Shown: piece after piece, positions 1 to 10,773 of the stretch
Layout of the letters: each line of letters begins with the position of its first letter
Position numbering within the stretch: the stretch's first letter is position 1
DNA from: Nannocystis bainbridge
Lineage (GTDB): Bacteria; Myxococcota_A; Polyangia; Nannocystales; Nannocystaceae
NCBI RefSeq assembly: GCF_028368995.1
Contig: NZ_JAQNDL010000004.1
Coordinates: forward strand, 128,001-192,000
Direction of reading: 5' to 3'
DNA length: 64,000 nt
The notes under the pieces: model-generated
The model's input: only the letters and a program-made list of their open reading frames with translations
The model's database searches: none
Told to the model about the DNA's origin: nothing
Position numbers and translations under genes: made by a program

Positions 1-70
1 GTGCTCCCAGAACACGCCCATGGCCCGCTCGATGGCTTCGTCTCGATCGAACTCTCGCGGGCGGGGCATG
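1..70 (-). CDS. TetR/AcrR-family transcriptional regulator, N-terminal 23 aa only (gene runs off the left edge)
   Basis: Reverse complement of 1-70 translates to MPRPREFDRDEAIERAMGVFWEH, resembling the start of a TetR-family HTH domain; ATG at 68-70. Confidence 0.4.
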
Positions 71-88
71 GAGAGGTTGTAGTTATTC

Positions 89-104
89 TTGACTGACCTG
101 TCAA
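89..104. promoter_or_regulatory. Imperfect palindrome TTGACTGACCTGTCAA in an AT-rich island (TATAAAT at 106-112) just upstream of the partial TetR gene; candidate operator/promoter
   Basis: This is the only AT-rich stretch in the first 4 kb. The inverted half-sites TTGAC/GTCAA and the minus-strand TTGACA-N17-TACAAC lie immediately before the ATG. Confidence 0.3.
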
Positions 105-191
105 ATATAAATAGACGACGCGGAGAATGCGCGGACGCGTCGCGGTGACGCGGAGGTCGCAGCGTCGACGATGGGGCGCGACGAGGTCGGC

Positions 192-1535
192 TCAGCGAGG
201 GACCGGGCCGGGGCGGAACGAGTCGACGAAGCGGCGGAGCTCGGCCGCGGACTCGCGGGCGCGGGCCAGCGGGACCTCGATGACGACGACGCAGGTGCTG
301 TCGCCGACGGCGACGACCCGCACGAGGGCATGGGCGCGATCGGTGGTGAGGGCGCCTTCGAGGCCCCGGGCGCCGCCGACTTCGATCGCGCGCGGGGCTT
401 CGAGGTGCATGGTGTCGGCGATCTGGCGCACCTCGTCGGCGGGGGTCCGGCCGGCGATCGGTCGGGCGCGGGCGCTGCAGGTGACGAGGCGCGAGGCGTC
501 GCCGGGCAGCTTGAGGGCGAGCATGCGGGTGGTCATGGCGACGCCGTCGGCGGTGACGAGGCCCTGGCGCTGCGCGTTGGGCCGGCGAGGAAACACGGCG
601 GAGAAGCCGGCGTCGGGGAAGGCCCAGCGGACCTGGCCGCCCTCGCCGCCGACCTCGAGCGGCTCGACCGCGCCGGCCGCGACGGCGGCGAGCAGCTGTT
701 CCTGGCGCTCGGCGTGCTCGCGGATGTCCTCGGCGAGGGCCTCGACGCGCGGGGCGGGCTCGCGGTCGGGGGCGAAGGCGGTGCGCACCGCGCCGAGGTC
801 GGCGGGCGCGACGGGGACGGCGGCGAGGCGATCGGCGAGGTCGAGGATCCGGTCGCGCTCCTCGGGCAGGAACCACGGAGCGAGGCGGTCGGCGATCGGG
901 GCGAAGGTGGCGGCGGCGAGCGCAGGGCGGACGACGGCGGGCAGCGAGAGGGCGCTGGCGAGGACGTCGTGGACGCCGCGGGCGAGGTGGTAGCGGGCAG
1001 GGATGAAGGCGTCGCGCGAGGCGTCGTCGCCGCTGAGTCGCTCGAGGCGCACGCGGGAGAGGACAAAGAAGGCGGCGGCGACGGCGAGGTACTCGGGGCC
1101 GCGATCGCCGGGGCCGAGGGCGCGGCCGGTGTAGAGCTGGAGGATGTCGGCGACGGCGAGGTGGAAGGCGCCGAGCAGGTCGAGGTCGTCGGTGCGGCGG
1201 GCGGCGGCCTCGATGTCGGTGAGCGAGACGAGCCGCTGCATCCAGGCGGCGTCAGGCCCGGCGAGCCGCGGGAGCAGGTCGGGTCGCTCACGCTCGAGGC
1301 GGACGAAGACGTCGCGGGCCTGCTGGTAGTCGTGGGCCGTCCAGGCGGCCTCGTCGGCGGGCAGGTCGTAGGTGGCTCGCAGCTCGCTCGGAGCGGCGTG
1401 GGCGGGCGCGTCGGCGGTCGGAGGGGAGGTCTCGGCGCTGCGGCGACAGGCGGCGAGCAAGGCGAGGAGGAGCACCAGGCCGCGACGCGCGGCGAGCGAG
1501 CGATGACGCGGAGCGAGCGAGGGCGAGGCGATCAT
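192..1535 (-). CDS. hypothetical secreted/lipoprotein (signal MIASPSLAPRHRSLAARRGLVLLLALLAAC)
   Basis: Long ORF with high GC3. The N-terminal signal-like hydrophobic stretch starts at the internal Met 1533-1535; no recognisable family. Confidence 0.55.
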   Translation of the reverse strand: MIASPSLAPRHRSLAARRGLVLLLALLAACRRSAETSPPTADAPAHAAPSELRATYDLPADEAAWTAHDYQQARDVFVRLERERPDLLPRLAGPDAAWMQRLVSLTDIEAAARRTDDLDLLGAFHLAVADILQLYTGRALGPGDRGPEYLAVAAAFFVLSRVRLERLSGDDASRDAFIPARYHLARGVHDVLASALSLPAVVRPALAAATFAPIADRLAPWFLPEERDRILDLADRLAAVPVAPADLGAVRTAFAPDREPAPRVEALAEDIREHAERQEQLLAAVAAGAVEPLEVGGEGGQVRWAFPDAGFSAVFPRRPNAQRQGLVTADGVAMTTRMLALKLPGDASRLVTCSARARPIAGRTPADEVRQIADTMHLEAPRAIEVGGARGLEGALTTDRAHALVRVVAVGDSTCVVVIEVPLARARESAAELRRFVDSFRPGPVPR

Positions 1536-1772
1536 CTGCGCATGACGATACCTCGGGGCGCACTGCGGCGCACGGCGCGGCGACCGAGGACGGAGCGACG
1601 AGGTTACGTGCAGCGGACACAATCAGCGCGACTGACGAGGACGGTCGCGTCGCGCGGCGGGAGAGAGCAAGGAGCGCGACGAGCGAGGTCGGTCGCGGGG
1701 CGCGGCGGGAGAAAGCAAAAAGCGCGACCATCGAGGATGGTCGCGCTTCGTCGCGGGGTCAGGCGGAGCGGC

Positions 1773-3638
<1,866 letters not shown>

Positions 3639-3740
3639 AGACGCCGTTTTGGGCGGCGGCGGGAAGTAAACCCGGCGGCGACGCGCTGGCAAGTCGCGCC
3701 GATGTGAGCGGCGCGGGCTTATTCGCGAGCGACAGGCCGG

Positions 3741-4085
3741 TCACAGGAGTGAATCGGCGGCGAACACGGGGCGGTTCGGCGGCCGTGCGGCCAGGTAGGC
3801 GGCCCTCCGGCGGCGATCGGCGTCGACCTTGGCCCGGATGGCCGCCCACAGGTGAGGCTCGGTCCAGGACGAGGCGAGGCAGTCGCGGGGATCGCGCGGC
3901 GGGACGGGGGCGGGAAGATCCGGCCCGGTCGGCTCCGGCGGGGCGCGCGGCGGGTCGGAATCCGGCCTCGGAGCCACGTCCGGCAGCCCCGGGTCGTCCG
4001 GAGACGGGAATTCACGGACCGGTGTGGGGGTGATCCGCAGTCGGCGACGGCGTTGCATGGGTTCGGATCTGCACTGAACACCCAA
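3741..4085 (-). CDS. hypothetical Pro-rich small protein upstream of typA (doubtful)
   Basis: 115-codon ORF with moderately high GC3 in the typA orientation; no family resemblance; could be a frame artefact. Confidence 0.2.
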   Translation of the reverse strand: MGVQCRSEPMQRRRRLRITPTPVREFPSPDDPGLPDVAPRPDSDPPRAPPEPTGPDLPAPVPPRDPRDCLASSWTEPHLWAAIRAKVDADRRRRAAYLAARPPNRPVFAADSLL

Positions 4086-4433
4086 TCAGTGTCCAGCGAT
4101 CACCGAGCTTGCCCTGAACTCTTGATCAGAGGCGGATAAACCAAATCGCGCGGCGCAGAACTGCGCGGAAGGCCAGATAGAGGGCTGTAGCGGCCCGCGG
4201 GCCGTTCTGTCGGCCGGGCGAAGACGCACGCGGCGCGGCGCGGAGGGCGACGGGCGGCAGCGCGCGAGGCTGGCCTTTCGGACAGGGAGATCGCGTCACC
4301 GGCGAGGGCGACGCCGGGCCAAAGAGGTGCTCGGTGGGGCGACTCCGAAGCGGCGTCAGGCGAGACGAAATTCGCGTCTGTGAAGCCCGTAGCGGCGAGG
4401 GCGCCGGGCCCGGTGAGCATCGCGGCGATGGTG

Positions 4434-4950
4434 ATGAAGAAGGTAGGGAAGGTGATGGGCAGGTCGGGGACGGCGGTGGCGATGGCGGCGGCCTGGCTGG
4501 TGCTGGGCTGCGGCGACGACGGGCGGGCCGACAGCGGGACCGCGGGGAGGCCAGCTCCACCGTGCCGGCGACCGCCACGGGGGAGTCGACGGGGCCGACG
4601 AGCGCGGCGACGACGAACCCGACGACCTCGGCGGGCTCGGAGAGCCTCTCGGCGAGCGAGGCGACGAGCACGACGGAGACGACGACGCCGACGACCACGG
4701 AGGCGATCGGCTGCCAGGCGTGCACGCAGCCGCATCAGCAGTGCGTCGACGGCGAGTGTGTGAGCGGCTGTCAGGGCCAGGCGGAGACGGCGGCGACGGC
4801 TGCACGCTGGCGGGGCCGAGCACGAGCTGCGGCGAGGCCGAGTGCGGGCCGGGCAGCGCGGTCAGCCCGAGCGGGGCGCTGTGGTTCACGCCGGTGAAGT
4901 ACCTGAACCCCGGCGCGCTGCAGTCGTGGCCGCTGCCGAGCTCGTTGTGA
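4434..4950 (+). pseudogene. small Cys-rich lipoprotein gene broken by two apparent frameshifts
   Basis: Signal plus lipobox MKKVGKVMGRSGTAVAMAAAWLVLGCG is in frame 0. A Thr/Ser-rich linker and Cys motif (EAIGCQACTQPHQQCVDGECVSGCQG) lie in frame 2. A plausible C-terminus (GCTLAGPSTSCGEAECGPG...LPSSL*) lies in frame 1. The first shift sits at a short G-run near 4550. Confidence 0.35.
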
Positions 4951-4960
4951 GCGGCGGGCC

Positions 4961-5040
4961 TTCGGGACATGTCGTGGAGGACATGTCCTGAGGGCGAGGT
5001 GCTCGAGGACATGTCGCAGCGGACATGTCCTGAGGGACAG
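4961..5040. repeat. GGACATGTCC 14-bp-period tandem array (5 units) between convergent gene ends
   Basis: ggacatgtcgtgga|ggacatgtcctgag|(degenerate)|ggacatgtcgcagc|ggacatgtcctgag|ggacag; ACATGT cores at 4966, 4980, 5008 and 5022, i.e. multiples of 14. Confidence 0.85.
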
Positions 5041-5046
5041 TCGCGG

Positions 5047-5667
5047 TCAGGGCCGGGGGACGATGGCGTTGGACCGGAGGCCGCGGCCGACCAGGTACTG
5101 CTCGGTGCTGGTGGTCCGCGAGTTCTTGGCGTGGTACGGGCGGGCTTCCTGGAAGCTGGAGCGGAAGCGCTTGAGCAGCTCGCCGAAGCCGCCGCCCTGG
5201 AACACCTTGACGACGCAGTGGCCGCCGGGGCGCAGGACCATGCAGGCGATGTCGAGGGCGCGCTCGGCCAGGCCCTCGCTGCGGACGACGTCGGTGTGCC
5301 GGTCGCCGGTGGTGTGCGGGGCCATGTCGCTGAGGACGACGTCGAACGGGGCGAGCGCCGGGTCCGGGGTCCACTCGAACACGTCGGCGACGCGGTGCTC
5401 GACGTGGGCCGGGAAGCTGAGCACGACCGGCTTGAGGTCGATGCCGAGGACGTAGCCGCTGTCGGTCACGCGGTCGCCGGCGTACTGGATCCACGAGCCG
5501 GGCCAGCAGCCGAGGTCGAGCACGCGCGCGCCCTGACGCAGGATGCGGAACTTCTGGTCGATCTCCTCGAGCTTGTAGACCGCGCGCGCGGCGTAGTTCT
5601 CCTGCTTGGCGCGGAGATAGGCGGCGTCGTTGCGGTGGGTCTTGTCGCTGAGGCGGTGACGGGTCAT
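5047..5667 (-). CDS. rlmE: 23S rRNA (uridine2552-2'-O)-methyltransferase RlmE/FtsJ
   Basis: Full-length FtsJ fold: YRSRAAYKL-like AVYKLEEID, VLDLGCWPGSW, DVVLSDMAP motifs. Confidence 0.9.
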   Translation of the reverse strand: MTRHRLSDKTHRNDAAYLRAKQENYAARAVYKLEEIDQKFRILRQGARVLDLGCWPGSWIQYAGDRVTDSGYVLGIDLKPVVLSFPAHVEHRVADVFEWTPDPALAPFDVVLSDMAPHTTGDRHTDVVRSEGLAERALDIACMVLRPGGHCVVKVFQGGGFGELLKRFRSSFQEARPYHAKNSRTTSTEQYLVGRGLRSNAIVPRP

Positions 5668-5725
5668 GTCGTGCGGCTTAAGCAGCCGAGCCGGCGCGTG
5701 GCCGGCTCGAGCGTGGTGGCTTTAA

Positions 5726-5759
5726 GGGCATGTCTCGAAGGACAGGGCCTTCGAGACAA
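5726..5759. repeat. degenerate GGCATGTC/GGACAGGG repeat unit pair downstream of rplC
   Basis: gggcatgtctcgaaggacagggccttcgagacaa is a member of the same repeat family; it is also an inverted repeat (tctcgaagg...ccttcgaga). Confidence 0.6.
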
Positions 5760-5764
5760 CGACC

Positions 5765-6436
5765 TCAGGCCTTGTTCTTGCCGGCCTTGATGGCGGGCTT
5801 GACGGCGGCGCGGATGGTCACGAAGCCGTTGTTGGGGCCGGGGATCGGGCCGCGCACGAGGACGAGGCCGCGCTCGGCGTCGATCTTGACGACCTCGAGG
5901 TTCTGCAGGGTGACGCGCTCGTGGCCCATGTGGCCGGTCATGCGCTTGCCGCGGTGGACGCGGCCGGGGGTCTTGCGGCAGCCGATCGAGCCGCCGTGGC
6001 GGAAGAACTCGTGCTGGCCGTGGCTGTTCTTCTCGCCCTCCATGTTGTGGCGCTTGATGACGCCCTGGTAGCCCTTGCCCTTGGAGGTGCCGGTCACGTC
6101 GACGCGGGTGCCTTCCTTGAACACGTCGGCGCCGAGCTGGCTGCCGACGGGGTGGGCGGCGAGCGCGTCGACGGGGACGCGGAACTCCTTGTGGACGTAG
6201 AAGGTGCCGACCTTGGCGGCCTCAGCGGCGCCCTTCTCGGGCTTGCTGGCGCGGTTGGCCTTCTTCTCGGCGAACCCGACCTGCAGCGCGTTGTAGGTGT
6301 CGCGCTCGGTGGTGCGGTGGGCGGTGACGGTGTTGCCGGTGACCTGCAGGACAGTGACGGGGACGCGGTCGCCCTCGTCCTTGAACACCTGCGTCATTCC
6401 AAGCTTTTTGGCGATGAGACCGATCTGGAAATTCAT
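5765..6436 (-). CDS. rplC: 50S ribosomal protein L3 family (stand-alone copy, not in an S10 operon context)
   Basis: MNFQIGLIAKKLGMTQVF..., VDVTGTSKGKGYQGVIKRH and HGGSIGCRKTPGRVHRGKRMTGHMG align with E. coli L3. There is no rpsJ/rplD/rplW neighbour. GGAGAG SD lies 6 nt upstream. Confidence 0.85.
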   Translation of the reverse strand: MNFQIGLIAKKLGMTQVFKDEGDRVPVTVLQVTGNTVTAHRTTERDTYNALQVGFAEKKANRASKPEKGAAEAAKVGTFYVHKEFRVPVDALAAHPVGSQLGADVFKEGTRVDVTGTSKGKGYQGVIKRHNMEGEKNSHGQHEFFRHGGSIGCRKTPGRVHRGKRMTGHMGHERVTLQNLEVVKIDAERGLVLVRGPIPGPNNGFVTIRAAVKPAIKAGKNKA

Positions 6437-6603
6437 CTGGCTCTCCAGGCCCGAACGGGCCGTGCTGTGGCTTTCTCCGGCGCGGCTTCCTTCACGTTGG
6501 AATCAGCGAAGAGCGAGGCGCCGCAGGGACGGGGAAGGTGCCCGCGATCGCGCCGGGCGTCAACCTGCGGGGGCGCCGGGGTCAGGCAGGCGGCGGATTT
6601 GCC

Positions 6604-7416
6604 TCACGCGCCGGCAGGCGCGGGCAGGCGGAAGAAGGCGCGGGCGTTGGCGCCGGCCTGCACGGCCAGGACGGCGGGATCGTCGCCGCGCACGCCGGCA
6701 AGGTGGGCGCAGGTGAAGGCGACGTTGGCCGGCTCGTTCTTGCGGCCGCGCACGGGCACGGGGGCGAGGTAGGGGGCGTCGGTCTCGAGCAGGATGCGAT
6801 CGGCGGGGCACAGCCGGGCCGCCTCGCGCAGGCCGTCGGCCTGGGGGAAGGTGGCGATGCCGGAGAAGGACAGGAGGTAGCCGCGCGCGAGCCACTGCTC
6901 GGCCTCGGCGGGGGTGCCGGTGAAGCAGTGGACGACGCCGCGGCGAGGCAGCGGCGGGGCGTCGTCGAGGACGGCGAGGGCGTCGGCGTGGGCGTCGCGG
7001 ATGTGGAGGACGAGCGGCTTGCCGAGCTCGCGGGCGATCTCGCGTTGAGCGGCCAGGGAGCGCTTTTGCGCCTCGGGCGGGCTGCGGTTGTAGTGGTAGT
7101 CGAGGCCGGTCTCGCCGACGGCGACGACCTTGGCGTCCGCCGCGAGGACGGCGATCTCGGCCAGAGCGGCGTCGTCGGCCTCGCTGGCGTCGTGCGGGTG
7201 GATGCCGACAGCGGCGAACAGGTGGGCGTAGGGGGCGACCAGGGCGACGGCCCGCGGGGCGCTGACCCGCGAGCAGCCGATGTGGATCATCTGCTCGACG
7301 CCGGCGTCGGCGGCCCGCTGGAGGGTGGCGCCGAGGTCGTCGCTCATCGGCGCGTAATCGAGGTGGCAGTGGGTGTCGACGAGGCCGGGGAAGCGAGGCG
7401 GGCGCGGCGAGGGCAT
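6604..7416 (-). CDS. tatD: TatD-family metal-dependent hydrolase (DNase)
   Basis: VDTHCHLD at the N-terminus, GETGLDYH, LHIRDA and ETDAPY TatD signature blocks. Confidence 0.85.
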   Translation of the reverse strand: MPSPRPPRFPGLVDTHCHLDYAPMSDDLGATLQRAADAGVEQMIHIGCSRVSAPRAVALVAPYAHLFAAVGIHPHDASEADDAALAEIAVLAADAKVVAVGETGLDYHYNRSPPEAQKRSLAAQREIARELGKPLVLHIRDAHADALAVLDDAPPLPRRGVVHCFTGTPAEAEQWLARGYLLSFSGIATFPQADGLREAARLCPADRILLETDAPYLAPVPVRGRKNEPANVAFTCAHLAGVRGDDPAVLAVQAGANARAFFRLPAPAGA

Positions 7417-7419
7417 AGG

Positions 7420-8082
7420 TCAGGGCTTCATGGCGAAGATGAGGAAGTACTGGTGCGGGAGGAAGTCCTCCTCGCGCTCGAGGGTGAAGCCGGCCTGGGC
7501 CAGCTCGGCGACGATGGCCTCGCGCGAGAGCCTGTACTTCGGGTCAGGTGCGAACTTCGGCGGCGGCTCGGCGTCGGGCCGGAAGTCGACGATCGCCAGG
7601 CGACCGCCGGGCTTGAGCGCGTCGTGGACGTGCTTGAAGTAGCGCACGCGGTCGCGCAGATAGGCGTAGGTGTTGGCGACGAACACCAGGTCGACGGCCT
7701 TCTCGGGCAGCGCGGGGTCGTCGTAAAAGGCGAGGTGCGGCTGGATGTTGGGGGTGCCCCAGCCCTCGCGCTGCGACTCGATGTGGGCCCGGAACTCGTC
7801 GTCGATGTCGACGGCGTAGACGGTGCCGGTCGGGACCTGCTGGGCCAGGCGGCGCGAGAAGTAGCCCGAGCCGGCGCCGATGTCGGCGATCACGGCGCCC
7901 TTGTCGGGGATCGGGAGGCTGCGCACGATCCGGTCGGGCATCTCCCACGACTCGCGGCCCTCGCTCTCCATGGTGGCGATCGCCGCCTTGGGGTCGTCGT
8001 AGTCCATGTCGGCGACGACCTCGCGCTTGCGACACCCGACGGCAGCGACCACGAGCACGGCGGCGAGGAGGGGGCGGTACAT
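7420..8082 (-). CDS. class I SAM-dependent methyltransferase, lipoprotein (AAVGC lipobox)
   Basis: ADIGAGSGYF motif I and LAIVDF post-I region. The stop lies 4 nt upstream of the tatD start, so the operon runs MTase, tatD, rplC, rlmE. Confidence 0.7.
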   Translation of the reverse strand: MYRPLLAAVLVVAAVGCRKREVVADMDYDDPKAAIATMESEGRESWEMPDRIVRSLPIPDKGAVIADIGAGSGYFSRRLAQQVPTGTVYAVDIDDEFRAHIESQREGWGTPNIQPHLAFYDDPALPEKAVDLVFVANTYAYLRDRVRYFKHVHDALKPGGRLAIVDFRPDAEPPPKFAPDPKYRLSREAIVAELAQAGFTLEREEDFLPHQYFLIFAMKP

Positions 8083-8170
8083 GTCCGTCAGCTTACGCGC
8101 GAGCGCGGCTCCGCGGGAAGTGGCGGCGGCCAGTTCGACGCCGGCCCGAGTCGGCTACACTCCGCGGCCG

Positions 8171-8974
8171 ATGGCTGAGCCCGGAACAGCGAGCGCGGCG
8201 CGCGTCCGCCAGGAAGCGAAGGGTCGCGAGCTGCTGGCCGATTCGGGCGTGCTGTGGAGCGCGCTGCCGGTGGAGTGGCCGCGCGAGGCAGAGGGCGGGT
8301 CGGCCGCGGCGCTGCCCGGGTGGGGCTGGCGGGTGCGTCGCTCGCTGGCGGCGCTGCTGGTGCGGCCGCGACGAAGCTTTCAACACGTCCATGAGCCGGT
8401 CGACCACGGAGCGGCGCTGCGGCTGCTGCTGACGGTGCGCTTGCCGTTGTGGGCGGCGCTGCTGGTCGCGCTGGGTGTTGCAGGCCCGACAGGCGCGGCG
8501 CTGGAGGGGATCCCGCTGTTCGACGCGCACCTGACCGAGGCGCTGTCGCTGTGGTTGTTGCTGATGGTGCCGGTCGGGGTGCCGCTGCTTTACGCGAGCC
8601 TGGGGGTCGCCACGCACGTGGCGCTGGCGCTGACCGGCGGGGCGCCGCGCTCGGTGGCGGCGACGATGCGGGCGGTCGGCTACGCGGTGGCGCCGGCGCT
8701 GCTCGGGGTGGCGCTGCTCGACCTGCCGCTGTTCCTCGGGGTGCTGCCGCTGGCGGCGTACCTCGGAGGGCTCGGGGCGCTGACGCTGCTGACGTTCGTG
8801 GTCGCCGGCAACGCGCTGACCGGGACCCACCAGATCCCGGCGATCCGCGGGTTCGTGGTGGCGCTGGTGCCGGCGGTGATGTTCGCGGCGACGCAGGTGC
8901 TGCGCGGGGTGCTGGCGCTCGGCGAGCTGCCGGGCTATGCGCCGCCGCCGGGGCTGCCGTACCTGGTGCCGTGA
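8171..8974 (+). CDS. Yip1-like polytopic membrane protein
   Basis: Five hydrophobic segments follow a soluble N-region. Start chosen at ATG 8171 (MAEPGT), downstream of the overlapping minus-strand MTase gene. Confidence 0.55.
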   Translation: MAEPGTASAARVRQEAKGRELLADSGVLWSALPVEWPREAEGGSAAALPGWGWRVRRSLAALLVRPRRSFQHVHEPVDHGAALRLLLTVRLPLWAALLVALGVAGPTGAALEGIPLFDAHLTEALSLWLLLMVPVGVPLLYASLGVATHVALALTGGAPRSVAATMRAVGYAVAPALLGVALLDLPLFLGVLPLAAYLGGLGALTLLTFVVAGNALTGTHQIPAIRGFVVALVPAVMFAATQVLRGVLALGELPGYAPPPGLPYLVP

Positions 8975-8975
8975 G

Positions 8976-9070
8976 GCTGTCCCTCGTGGCATGTCCGTGG
9001 GGGCATGTCCAAAGGGGCATGGGTTAAACGACATGTCGCCAGGGACAGGGCCCCGGCGACATGTCGTGGA
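8976..9070. repeat. GGCATGTCC/GACATGTCG tandem array (about 6 units) between convergent genes
   Basis: ccctcgtggcatgtccgtgggggcatgtccaaaggggcatgggttaaacgacatgtcgccagggacagggccccggcgacatgtcgtgg. Confidence 0.85.
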
Positions 9071-9092
9071 GAGCAGCCTGGCGGCCGCGCGG

Positions 9093-9803
9093 TCAGCCGG
9101 CCTTGGGCGCGGCGGCGGCGTCGGCGGGCACGCCGAGGACCTCCTGGATCGCGGTGTTGAGGCCGGCGAGGTCGGCCGGGGCGACGCCGGAGTACTTCAC
9201 GGCGTTGCGGCCGTCGGCGAACATGACGGTGCGGCTCTTGGTGATGTTGTACCAGCCGTCGAAGGCGTCGTTCTTGCCGCCCTCGTCGGCGGGCACGACC
9301 AGCGGGATGGTGACGCCGAGCTCGGCGCGCAGGGCCTTGACCTTGGCCTCGAGGGCGGCGCGGTCGGCCGTCGGGGTGGTGGCCTTGCCGTCCTTGATGT
9401 CGGTGATGACGGCGAACGCCTTGAGCTTGTCCTCGCCGTACTTCTGGACCAGGGCGTCGAGGTTCTTGAGGTCGTTCTTGAAGGCCTCGTCGTCGATGGT
9501 GCCGACGGCCATGATCTTGGGGCTGCCGCCGAACTTGCAGACCTGGCAGTACTTCTCGCCGCTGTCGCAGTTGACGATCTCGAACGGCTTGAACTTGCCG
9601 CCGACCCCGAGGCCGCTGTCGGCGAGCACGGGCGCCTCGGCGGGCTTGGCCGGGGCGGCCTCGACGGCTTTGTCGGCGGGCGCGGGCGCGGCCGGCTTGG
9701 CGACCTCGGCGGGGGCAGGCTTGGTGGCCGCCTCTCCGCCGCAAGCTGCGGCGAGGATCACGGCGAGGGCGAGGCTCGAGCGAGTGGTGAGCATGGCGGC
9801 CAT
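9093..9803 (-). CDS. hypothetical lipoprotein (LAAACGG lipobox) with a CxxC-containing region
   Basis: Signal MAAMLTTRSSLALAVILAAACGG, a Pro/Ala/Lys-rich linker, then a globular domain with CDSGEKYCQVCKF. Start at 9803 (alternatives at 9794 and 9821). Confidence 0.6.
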   Translation of the reverse strand: MAAMLTTRSSLALAVILAAACGGEAATKPAPAEVAKPAAPAPADKAVEAAPAKPAEAPVLADSGLGVGGKFKPFEIVNCDSGEKYCQVCKFGGSPKIMAVGTIDDEAFKNDLKNLDALVQKYGEDKLKAFAVITDIKDGKATTPTADRAALEAKVKALRAELGVTIPLVVPADEGGKNDAFDGWYNITKSRTVMFADGRNAVKYSGVAPADLAGLNTAIQEVLGVPADAAAAPKAG

Positions 9804-9882
9804 TCTGGCCGCCCGCGCCATGCAGCGCCAGCCGCTCGCCGGCAATTCGCGGCCTGGCGCCGGGCACGCGCGGGGGCCCGGG

Positions 9883-9966
9883 GCCTCGAGTCGCATCGCG
9901 CGGTTCGTGGCGGGCGGGCCTCGATTCGCATCGCGCGGTTCGTGGCGGGCGGGCCTCGATGTGGGG
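9883..9966. repeat. 35-bp tandem direct repeat, about 2.4 copies, in a divergent promoter region
   Basis: gcctcgagtcgcatcgcgcggttcgtggcgggcgg | gcctcgattcgcatcgcgcggttcgtggcgggcgg | gcctcgatgtgggg. Confidence 0.7.
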
Positions 9967-10084
9967 ACCCGGCGGCTCACGCGGGCGATCGCGGGGCTGC
10001 CCCCTTCACGGACACAGCGGTCTCGACGGGTCGGCGCCCGACGATCTCGACGCGACGGTGGACGCGCGGCAGATATTGTGGGGC

Positions 10085-10762
10085 ATGCGTCGCTCTTGGT
10101 TCGTCGGGGTCTTCGTGGCGATCGGTTGCACGGGAGGGTCGGGGTCGTCGGGCGGGAGCGAGGCCACCGGCGCGGACACGACGAGCACCAGTGAGGCGAC
10201 GACGGGCAGCGGGACGAGCGCCGAGCCGACGACCGAAGCGCCGACGAGCGCGACCGGCGAGACCACGTCCGTGTCGTCGACGACGGAGGCGCCCGCAGAG
10301 TACTGCCATGGCTTCGACCGCGACGCGCCGGCGCCGTTCTTCGAGCTGACGGTGAAGGGCGGGGCGCCGCTGGCCGACGGGGTGACGTGGCCGCTCGAGT
10401 GCGGCGGGCAGGGGCTGTGGATGTTCGGGCTGTACCCGTCGCTCGGCGGCTTCGAGCCCGGCGGGGACTACACGCTGGTGAAGGTGGTGGTCGACGTCGC
10501 GGGCCTCAACATCGGGCCGAGCGGGTACTTCTATCTCCGCGAGGACGAGGCGTATTACATCGGCTGCGAGGAGCTGGACGGCGGGGTGCCCGGGGTGGTG
10601 CCGGCGTTCCCGCCCGACGAGCTGGCCGAGCTGTCGGCGGTCGACGGGCTGCCGGCGCAGGTCCACGTCGAGGTCGAGACGCCCGACGGCCCGCTGGCCG
10701 TCGACGCGACGGTGATGCTGGCGGCGCCGCCGGACGTGGTGGCGCTCGGGTGCGGGCTGTGA
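10085..10762 (+). CDS. hypothetical lipoprotein (VAIGCTGG lipobox), Thr/Ser-rich linker
   Basis: MRRSWFVGVFVAIGCTGGSG signal; ATG at 10085; C-terminal globular domain with three Cys residues. Confidence 0.6.
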   Translation: MRRSWFVGVFVAIGCTGGSGSSGGSEATGADTTSTSEATTGSGTSAEPTTEAPTSATGETTSVSSTTEAPAEYCHGFDRDAPAPFFELTVKGGAPLADGVTWPLECGGQGLWMFGLYPSLGGFEPGGDYTLVKVVVDVAGLNIGPSGYFYLREDEAYYIGCEELDGGVPGVVPAFPPDELAELSAVDGLPAQVHVEVETPDGPLAVDATVMLAAPPDVVALGCGL

Positions 10763-10773
10763 TGCGTGCTTTG

